The translations under genes and the position numbers were made by a program. This document shows positions 53,591 through 64,000 of a stretch of 64,000 bases of DNA, one piece after another. The stretch's first letter is position 1. The number at the start of each line of letters is the position of its first letter. This stretch comes from the human T2T-CHM13v2.0 reference genome, Homo sapiens. Location: the NCBI RefSeq assembly GCF_009914755.1, contig NC_060927.1. One strand, written 5' to 3'. The notes under the pieces were generated by a model. That model was given only the letters and a program-made list of their open reading frames with translations, searched no databases and had not been told where the DNA came from.

Positions 53591-55181
53591 TTCTAGAAAG
53601 ATTGGCTTAGAAAAGCCCTGGTTGTTGATATTTATAGGTCTCTTTCCTTGGGCTGGTCAAATTCCCCAGAAAGATATCTTTCAATCTCCTGCCTTAGGGG
53701 TATAAGCCTGGGTGCCATTGTTCTGAGATTTAAGTATGGGAAAGAGCAGAAGCCCCATCATATTGTCTTTCACTTAAGCCCCGATTTTCATCATTATACC
53801 CATCCTCAGCTATGCATGGTGACTCCAATCACGAGCCCTGTAGTTGGTCCAACCCCTCCAGTCTTCCTCCTGGGGAAGTAGGGAGGGAGGCAGTTGGGAG
53901 AGGCAGTTCCCAGGCTATGCGGGTTGGGCAAGAACTCTGGGGACTGATTAGCAGTTATTTGTCATTCTTTCAATGTTCTTTTAATATTCCTTCATTCCCA
54001 CTTTCATACATTTACAGTGCCATGAATTCCTGACACGTTCTAGAATCTCAGTTTAGATTTTACCGTTTCTCTCCCCTTTTAAATCAGTCCCTGGCCTTTT
54101 AAGGCAGCTTCTACAATTGTATTCTGTGACCTTCTCCTCTATGATTTTTGTTCATATTCCCCTCCCCTTTTTTAACTAACATTTTTTATTTGAAATAATT
54201 GTAGACTCACATGAAGGTTGTAAGAAAAAATACAGAGAAGGTCCATATGCCCTTTATCCAATTCCCTTCAATGGTAACATCTTGGAAAGCTATTACACAG
54301 TAACACAACCAAGATATTGACAATGACACATTCAAAACACAGAATGTGTCCATCCCAGGGATCCTCTTGTTGCTCTTTAATAGCCACACCCACTTCCCTC
54401 CCACTCCACCCCTTCTTAACTTTTAACCACAAATCTGTACTCCATTTATATAATTTTTTCATTTGAAAAATGTTATACAAGTGGAGTCGTACAGTGTGTA
54501 ATCTTTTGGTTTTGTGTTTTTTTCCCCTTTAATCTATTCCCTGAAGATTCAGTCAAGTAGTTTCATGTATTAATAATTCATTGCTGAGTAGTATTCGATG
54601 GTATGGATGGACCACAGTTTGCTTAACCATTCACCCAATAAAGGACATCTGAGTTGTGTCCAGTTTGGGGCTATTACAGATAAAGCTCTATGAAAATTCA
54701 TGTATGGGCTTTGGTGTGAACATAAGCTTTTGTTTACTTGGGATAAATGCCCAGGAGTATGATAAGTGCATGTTTAATTTTGTAAGAAACTGCCAAACCA
54801 TTTTCTAGAGTGGCTATAACATTTTACATTCTCACCAGTAACACAATTTCTCTGCATCCTCACCAGAATTTGTTGTTATCATTATCTTTTATTTTAGTTA
54901 TTTCAATATGTTCATAGTGATAACTCATTGTGGTTTTGATTTGCATTTCCCTGATGGTTAATAATGTTGAACATCTTTTCATGTGCTTATTTGCCATCTG
55001 TATAACCTCTTCAGTAAAATGTCTGGCCATGTATTTTCTAATTGAGTTGCTTGGATTTTTTTACTGTTGAGTTTGAAAATTCTTTATATATTCTAAATAC
55101 TAGTCCTTTGTCAGATATGTAGTTTGCAAATATTTTCTTCCAGCCTGTAGTTATTCTTTTCATTCTCTTAAAAGGGTCTTA

Positions 55182-55503
55182 GGCCGGGCGTGGTGGCTCA
55201 CACCTGTAATACCAGCATTTGGGAGGCCGAGGAGGGTGGATCTTTTGAGGTCAGGAGTTTGAGACCTGGCCAACACGGCAAAAGCCAGTCTCAACTAAAA
55301 AGAAAAAAAAAATACAAAACTTAGCCAGCCACAGTGGCATGCACCTGTAGTCCCAGCTATTCCAGAGCCTCAGGCAGGAGAATTGCTTGAACCTGGGAGG
55401 CAGAAGTTGCAGTGAGCCGAGATCGTGCCACTGCCCTCCAGCTTGGGGAACTGAGTGAGACACTGTCTCAAAAAAGAAAAGAAAAGAAAAAAAAAAAAAA
55501 AAA
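55182..55503 (+). mobile_element. AluS
   Basis: GGCCGGGCGTGGTGGCTCACACC start, both arms, long A tail. Confidence 0.92.
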
Positions 55504-56214
55504 CTCTTTCACGGTGCAAAAGCAAAAGTTTTAATTCTGATATAGTCCAATATATCACCAATATATCATTTGTTTCCTGTTATGGATTGTGTTTATGTGA
55601 AATCTAAGAACTCTTTCCCTAGCCAGAGATTCCAAAGATTTTTCTCTAATGCCTTCTCCTTCTAAAAGAAGGGTTCTTTATTCTGTTCCGTTGATCTATG
55701 TTTCTGTCACTCCATGGATAGCCACATAGTAACTATGCAATACTTCTTGAAACTGGGTAGACTGATTGCTCCCACTTTATTATTTCTTTTTCAAAATTGT
55801 TTTAGCTACTCTAGTTCCTTTGTTTCTGTATAAATTTTAGAATAATGTCATCTATATATGAAAAAAATCATACTGAGATTTTTGATAGGAACTGCTTTAA
55901 ACCTGTATATCAATTTGGGAAGAATCGGTATCTTTACTACGCTGTGACTTTCAAATCATGAACACAACATTTTTCTCCATTTATTTACATTTTTAAAATT
56001 TATTTCATCAACATTATATAGTTTTCAACAAACAAGTTTTATAAATGTTTTATTGGATTCACATAAGTATTTCATATTTTTGAGCTAAGGCAAATTGTAC
56101 TATATTTTTAAAATTTGTGTCCACAGATTCATTGCTAGTATAAAGAAATACAATTGATAATTTAAATGTCTATCTCATATCCTGCCACCTTAATGAACTC
56201 AATTATTAGTTTTT

Positions 56215-56520
56215 CATTTGTTTGCTTGAGATAGGGTCTCACTCTGCCACCCAGGTTGGAGTGCAGTGGCACACAGGTATTGGCACAAACACAACCTTCT
56301 ATAGCCTCAACCTCCTGAGCTCCAGCCATCCTCCTGCCTCAGCCTCCTAAGTAGCTGGGATGACAGGCATACACCACCAGGCCTGGTTCATTTGTTGTTG
56401 TTGAGGAGAGATGAGGTCTCTCCATATTTCCCAGGCTGGTCTTGAACTAGGCTCCAGCAATCCACCTGCCTCGGCCTCCCATCGTGTTGGGATGACAGTC
56501 ATCAGTCACTACACCCAGCC
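56215..56520 (-). mobile_element. AluJ
   Basis: Diverged, both arms; TSD TTATTAGTTTT / TTACTAGTTTT. Confidence 0.88.
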
Positions 56521-57243
56521 ACTTACTAGTTTTAAGAGTTGGTTTTGTGTTTTTTCGTCTTTGTAGATCACTTAGTGTTTTCTGTGTAGAAAATCATGAC
56601 ATCAGCAAATATTAACAGTTTTCTTTCTTTCCATCTGTATGCCTTTCATTTCCCTTTCTTGCCTTATTGCATTGATTAGAACTTCCTGCACTATGTTGAA
56701 TAGGAGTGGTGGAACCAGCCTTGCACTGCTGGACTAGACTCCATTTCGTCGTGGTATATTATTCTTTTAGCCTGAATCCTGTTTGTTAATATTTTGTTCA
56801 GGATTGTTGTGTCTCTATTTATGACAGTTATTGGTATATATTTCTCTTTTTTGCACTGTTTTTTCTGTTTTTCATATCTGAGTAATACCAGCTTCCTAAA
56901 ATGAATTGCGAAGTGTTCTCTCCTATTTTCTGGAAGAGACTGTATAAAACTCCTATTAATTATTCTTTAAATGTTTGGTAAAATTCTCCAGTGAGGCCAT
57001 CTGGGCCTAAATATTTATTTTCAGGGAGTTTTTAAATGATTAATTCAATTTTTAATAGTTATGGGCTTTTAAATATTATCTATTTCATGATAGGTGAATG
57101 GTAGGAATTTGTGTTTTTGAGGAAGTGGCCCATTTCATCTAAGTTATCAAATTTATGTGTGTAGAGTTGTTCATGGCATTTCTTTATTATCCTTTTGATG
57201 TCTACAGGGTCAATAGTGATATCTCCTCTTTCATTCCTGATAT

Positions 57244-57944
57244 TGTAACCAAATGCAGGTCCAGATGCCCACTGTTTACAGAGTCCAGTTAACAAGAGTG
57301 AGGTCTAGTAGAAAGAAAGTCATTTTACTAAAACCAGTAAAGGGGAAATGGTCAGATTCCCGCCCAAAGCAATCACTTTGATTTTGGGGGAAGGCAGGGG
57401 TTTAAAAAGGGAAAACTTGATAAGGAAGGCATGCAAGAATTGTACTAAGTATAATATCTGTGTGTCTTGTTCTGGTAGCTATCTTGGGTCTCAGTCTACC
57501 TGGATGGTGAGTCAAGACATCTGGGAATATCTTTACTTCCCCTTTATTCCTGAGGATATTTTCACGGGCTGTAGGACACTGCTTTGATTGTTGATTATTA
57601 TTTCATTCAGGACTTTGAATGCTTTAAGTTCCTGAGCAGCCATGGCCAGGTTTTTAACTAGCCACTTTGAAGTAATCTCTGGAATTTTGCAGCTGGGTCT
57701 CCAAGCTTATTCCGCCTGTCTCAAGATTAGCCCCTGGAACTTCTAAGAAGGCACAGTAATTAGATACTAGTATATACTTAGACAAATGTGAAGGGAGTAT
57801 ATATGGTGAAAAAGGGAGGGACGTGGAGCCTATTTCTAGGCTGAGGAAAAGGCTTCTGCAGTTTTTCAAGGTTGTATCTTGAAAACCAAGAGAAGAGAAA
57901 AAAATGTTTTAAAATGCATTTGGAAGTTAAGTTGCCTAGTTACA
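57244..57944 (-). mobile_element. ERV1 solo LTR (MER39-like) carrying a ~115-nt foreign insert
   Basis: TGTAAC...GTTACA termini; 4-bp TSD ATAT at 57240-57243 and 57945-57948. Confidence 0.82.
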
Positions 57945-58709
57945 ATATTGGTAATTTGTGTCTTTTCTCTTTTCTTTGTCAGTCTTGCTAGACTGTCAGT
58001 TTTATTAACCTTTTCAAAGAACCAGCTACTCTTGTTTTCCTTTGATTAAAGTTTGCATGATACATCTTTTCCCATTATTTTACTTTCGTCTATTGTTATA
58101 TTGAAAGTGAGCTTCTCATAGACAGAATATAGTTGGGTCATATTTTTTAAACAATTCTGCTAATCTCTTCCCTGTATTATAAGTGGTATATTTAGACCAT
58201 TTAACTTTAATGTAATTATTGATATTTTAGAATTTACACTGCCATTTTATTTTTTGTTTATTTTCTGTTTGTTCTCTTTGTGGTTTTCTGTTTTCTTTGC
58301 CCAGACTTCTTATAAGCTATTTGAACACTTTTTGGAATTCTGTTTTGATTTATCTAAAGTGTCTTTCAGTGCATTTCTGTATATAATTTTTTAAAGGTTT
58401 CTCTAGGTATTACTTTATATATTTATAACTAAACAGTTTACTGGTGTCATCATTTTACCAGTTTGAGTAACATATAGAAACCCTATCTCCGCACTTTGCA
58501 TCCCTTTATCTTCCCCATTTATAATATAATTATTTTAAATACTTCCTTTACATGCATTTACATCCACATCAGAATATTGCAATTTTTGCTTCAAACTTCA
58601 AACACAATTAGAGCTCTCAAGAGTACAAATGTTTTTGCTATGTTTTTTTCTTCCTTTCTGATGTTGAAGAGATCCATTTTTAATTGTCTTCTTTCCAATT
58701 AGATAACTC

Positions 58710-58775
58710 TTTTCTTTTCTTTCGAGGCAGAGTCTCACCGTGTCATCCAGGCTGGAGAGTGCAGTGATGCAATTA
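58710..58775 (-). mobile_element. Alu 3'-end stub (~50 nt plus tail)
   Basis: TTTCGAGGCAGAGTCTCACCGTGTCATCCAGGCTGGAGAGTGCAGTG. Confidence 0.75.
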
Positions 58776-58789
58776 TGCAAATTCTTTTA

Positions 58790-59139
<350 letters not shown>

Positions 59140-59319
59140 TCATCTGATAATATTTTTACTTCCCCTTTATTCCTGAGGATATTTTCACAGGCAATAGGAT
59201 ACTGGCTTGACTGTTGATTGTTATCTGCATTCAGGACTTTGAAAGCTTTAAGTTCCTGAGTCTCAGCAGAAACTCAAAAATAATACATGTAGGAAGAGCT
59301 AAAAAAATATACAATAAAC

Positions 59320-59790
59320 CGGATCCTATCGAATTTAAATGTCACCAGGCTACAAGAAACTGATTCTGGCAGAAAAAATAAACATGTGAAAAATAATTAC
59401 AATAATGTGTGATAAGTGCAAAAATGCAGGTATGTACTTGTCACGATGCTGACACACAGAGAGAATCAGCACTGCTTGAGAGAATCAGTGAAAACTTCTC
59501 AGAGATGTGTGAACCAGGTTCTGAAAGTTAGGTAGTAAAAGGACTTCCTGGGTGAAGGGGAACCCAGCACGAAAGCCCTGAGAAAAGCGGAAAAGATGGT
59601 ACATTTGAGAATCTGTGAGACTGAATGCCTGGCTGAGGTATAGAACACCCATTGGAACAAGCAAGAGATGCAGTAGAAAAGACAGCTAAGGGAAGGATGC
59701 TGGGCTAGAGGGCCTCATCCTCTACTAAGGAGTAAACTTTATCCTGTGTACCACGAGGAGCTACCGAACAGACGAAAATGGTGAGTGTAA
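59320..59790 (-). mobile_element. L2 fragment
   Basis: ATAATTACAATAATGTGTGATAAGTGC...AAGGAGTAAACTTTATCCTGTG. Confidence 0.6.
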
Positions 59791-62700
59791 TATTTAAAGC
59801 AATGATTGCTACTATAACACTCTTTTTAAAGTAGCTTTTCCATGAATTATTAACATTATCTTTAGTCTAATACGTATCAAAATTTAGTTTATGGACTGGT
59901 AGGATGTGTTAATGGCCAATAAAAGTAAAAGACTCAGCCGATTCCCTGCCTTCTACACTCCATTTTACACACACTCCATCCTGCCTGCCGAATGACTTCA
60001 GTGTCTCTGTGACCAGTGAGTGAAGCAGCATGCAATGAGATCATGGCTAGATGGCAGCACATTCAGTGAAGTGCTTCAGCTTTCCTGTTGCTTCTGATTC
60101 CCTGGCATTTGTCAGTGTCTGTCAAAACATTAACATTTCTTAATGTATATTTTGCATTATTTACTAAATGAAAATTTTCCAATGACAGTGGCTGAGAAAA
60201 AAAAATCAGATTTACATACAGTATGTCAAGTTCACATTCGATGCCCCAGAAATGCCCAGTCCCCAAAGACCTCTAGGGACTGCAGCTCATTTGTTGTCCC
60301 TCTCCCTCTCCCGTTTATTATGCTGACCCTCTGCCCAGCCACATAGCTCACCCCACCCCCTTAGAAGCATCTAGAGTTGGCTCTAGACATGAAATGGAAT
60401 AGATTTCTGCATTTACATAACTGCTATCGCACTTCTGGTGAAAAGTAGTTTCAGAAAAACACAGAAAAAAATAAACAGAAGAATAAAAAGTGTCTATGTG
60501 ATAACATAAGGGCTTATTTAACTACGTCTTTATTTCCTTTACAGTCCAACTATTTTTTTTTTAAAACTGCATGCCACCTTCATGCTGCCTCTCAGAGGGG
60601 ACTTGATCTTATTTAGACCCGGTGGCGAGGGTCCTTCAGCTCCGTGAGGAGCTCTCTAGCACTCAGTCCTCTTTAGAGGAAAGATATCTTCAGAGCCTAA
60701 AGGCCTTGAAAGAAATGACACATTTTTAAAAACAGAAAAACAAGCATGAAAGTGGCCCATCAGAAATGAAGGTGTGAACTAGAATACAATAGACAGCGAG
60801 GAAGGAGCCAAAAATCCTCACCCAGGCAGGCCAGGATATATGCAGATAGGGAGGAAATTGGGAGGCATTCCTTTGCTAATAAAGATGATTTTTCTTCTAA
60901 TTTTCACATCTTTCATGATGTATCTTTTGTTTTTTGTTTTCTCTCTATGACTGCTGTTCTAAAATAAGTGGGCTTTAAGAATATGAACTACAGTCCGCAT
61001 GTTTGCCAGCCCCATATTCTGCGATGAACTTGACATGTGAATGAATCAATTCTGCAGAGGTGAAAAGTTATTCCTACAAAGTCCCCAGTTTTCCTTGTGA
61101 GAAAGATCCCTACTTACCTGTAAACTTGTTAATTAAATGTCAAAGGTTTTTATATCAAGGACAATAACACAAGCCAACCTGGGAATCTGCTTGTCTGAAA
61201 TAGGTAAAGAGTGTCTGTGTTTATTTAGAATTGATTGTACACTTTCCTTCATTCTCTACATAGATTTTATTTTCTCCCCACATTCTTCTTTTTCTGTATT
61301 GCCTTGAGGGCTTTCTCTTATAATTATGTGACAAATTATATCTGAATTATGTTCAAATAAGCAAGGAGACTGACGTTTTCTGTTAAAAACATATGGCCTA
61401 TCAGTAATGAATGAAGTTTTGCCCATATCATGACATGACTTTATTGAAGGCACCATCTCATATATGCAGTTTTCAATGTGGTGTCTAACAGATTTGTGTA
61501 AAATGTCTAAAATTAAGCAAATGCAATTATATGAGTTAGTATCATCTTATCATGTACATTTTGCTTGATAATAGAAAAGCAAATGAAAAGTTTATTAGCT
61601 TATTACAACAGTCTGTTTTTGATTTTTACTTTAGACTCTATTCCTCTTTATTTTCTCCTCTTCTGTTTCGGGTCATTATTTTATCTGGAGAACCCAAAAT
61701 CCAATTCTTCATCTGTATTTACCACATAGATCTTTAGATTCTCTTACCAATCCAACAGATTTCTGAATATTTAACTACCCTATTGTAAGTTGTCTTGTTT
61801 AGAAGAAATGGAATCTAAGATTGTGGCAGTAAAGGACAAGCTGTCAATGTGTTAAATAAATTCCTGTTGAAAAGTAACGGCATGCACTGTGTGTTAACAT
61901 AATTTATTAGAACAATTAGAACCCATCCTTGTTGTCTTTTAATTAGATTATTCCCTGTTCTGGTAATTACACTAGACAAGGGAGAATAATAGTCTTGGGA
62001 TTCTAAAATCATCTGTAGACTATGTGGAAAGAGAATAAATAATCAATAATGCTAATGTACCGGAAAACTTAAATTCCCAGAAAGAGATCTTTTATCATGA
62101 GCAATCCTTTGTATAAACAGCATTATTTCTCAATGTCTATGCTTATCTTGCCCAAAGTTGAAAAGTGAAGACACTGGACAAATAACAGATATTTATTTTA
62201 CTGTCAGAAACCTGGTTGGGCTGGGCCACCTCTGGCCTCTAGTGGCTCAGACATTGCTTCAGTCCCTTGCAAAATGCCAACAAGAAACCGCAAATGAAGG
62301 ATTTAAAATTCCATGCAGAGCAGCATATCTAGCAGTCTGAATGCCTAAGGGAAAGGATGCAGGGCTTTTAAGTTCTGGTCCTAGGTGAGGAATCATAAAG
62401 TTCCTCAATTTAAAAAAATATATACAAATGGACAAAAATGTCTTAGAACTGAGAAGGCTACTAAATATTAAAAAAAAATTTCTGATATTTCCATACATGA
62501 AGATGTTATTTGCAGAAATTAATAGGCAGGCTGTATGTCAGGAAAGTTTCTGGCTCTCAGGGATGGGCTGAGGCCTTTAGATGTGAATCGAACTACATCT
62601 CTGGTTTTATGTTTGGAAGACCATAGGGAATTCCAGTGCTCCAAGGACGCTCCGAGGGCCTACACAACTGTCATCAAGCATGTTAGGACATCCTAGAGAG

Positions 62701-63200
62701 TAGTTCCCAAAACTTCTAGGCTTCAGAATCTTGACAAAGTCATGGGTGGGCATATCCTGCCCTCACGGATAACCCTACAGTTGAGTAGAAGGATGCTGGA
62801 ATGCACAGAATTGACACCAGTGAATCTGGAGTTCTCTGTAGTAATGAGCAACACAAATATCTCACCAACAGTCCCACTGTTATCCGAGTCTGCCTTAGTC
62901 AATGTAAACTCCTAATGAGACCATGTCTAGACAGTATTGATCTCCCACCAGAAAAAAAAAAAGAACTCAGAGTGTGACTTCTTTTCTAGCTTAGCCCAAA
63001 TGACACCCTAAAACATGCTCTTTCATTCACTCATTGCTAACACTTTTCATAACCTGAGATATTTTATCAACTAGGCAGCCAAGGACCCATAGGCTTCTTC
63101 GCAAGGTATATGTGATATTTTTTATATTTAAAACATCTTTGATATTCAAATAGCAGATAAGAAAGTTACTTAAGCTTATTAAAGAACCTAGAGAAATTAA

Positions 63201-63237
63201 ATGAGTGTATATATATATACATATATATATGAGTGTA

Positions 63238-63271
<34 letters not shown>
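63201..63271. repeat. Duplicated ATGAGTG(TA)n unit plus poly-T
   Basis: Seen directly. Confidence 0.9.
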
Positions 63272-64000
63272 CCCTTGCTAGGCAAAGGAGACAGGCCTTT
63301 AAAAAATGAAAGTCCACATAAGATTAAGGTGTGATCATTCAAGTTAATGTGGGCAAGATATCTAAAGGAGAAATCATTAGCTTAAGCTATCCAAAGGATT
63401 TTACACACAGTCCTGTGGTTTAGGAGCAGAGGATCACCCGTACTACTGTGCTATCCATCCCAGCTGGGAAGACATGGTTCTTTATAGAAGTACCCCTTAA
63501 AATTGTCAGGGGTGCTATTAAGTACTTAGGGTTCCCCACTATTCTTATCTCCAGACTGGTCAAATCTACCAGGCATCTTTCTGATATATCAGATAGATAT
63601 AATCTATCATAGATATACCAAAGATTTATTTGCATCTGAGTGTCCTGTGGTGAGGCATTCCACAGCAGGCTGTGCATCAGGTCTGTCTGCAGAAAGTAAG
63701 AAAGAAAGGAATACAGTTTAAAATTCACGTAGGAATGGAGTTTAAAAACTCCCCAGGCAATGTGAAGGTGAGTTAGGACTGGGAACCACAAGCTAAAAAG
63801 GAGAACCACAGAGAATTCTTTCTGACTTTGGGGCTGAAATGAAGCTGACCGAGGCATTCAGGTGGTTCCAGAGGCTGGAAAGTCTCATACGACAGGTTTT
63901 TTTCTCACAAAAGAGAAGTGAAATAAGTACCTTATTATGTTCCAATAATATCAAGATACAAATCTATCTTTTAGAAAAATGCTAAATAAAAACACAGTCA

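Noticed and set aside
63420-63857. 145-aa ORF sense to FHIT
   Set aside because: No similarity to FHIT or any family I recognise and no convincing exon boundaries; likely chance.

Overview
Human (primate) genomic DNA, repeat-rich, with no credible protein-coding exon. The one confidently recognised gene feature is a 93-nt non-coding exon on the minus strand (42651->42559) with canonical splice sites. From memory it matches FHIT 5'UTR exon 4, which would place the window at 3p14.2 in the FRA3B common fragile site region, with intron 3 to the right and intron 4 to the left. The rest is a layered mix of Alus, L1s, L2/MIR, MaLR/ERV1/ERVL LTRs, hAT and Tc1/mariner-type DNA transposon fossils, and microsatellites. 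The ORFs in the supplied track look spurious (Alu/L1/LTR-derived or chance). I find no evidence of a new multi-gene system. The most unusual signals are: (i) several short, locally templated duplications and fold-back insertions that interrupt otherwise contiguous old transposons, a possible germline fossil record of template-switch repair at a fragile site; (ii) exon 4 begins with GT (AG|GT), the architecture of a recursive or re-splicing exon; (iii) a candidate 77-nt cryptic exon in intron 3; (iv) a probable L1 3' transduction. Repeat subfamily names come from recalled consensus sequences and need RepeatMasker/Dfam confirmation; boundaries of ancient repeats are approximate.
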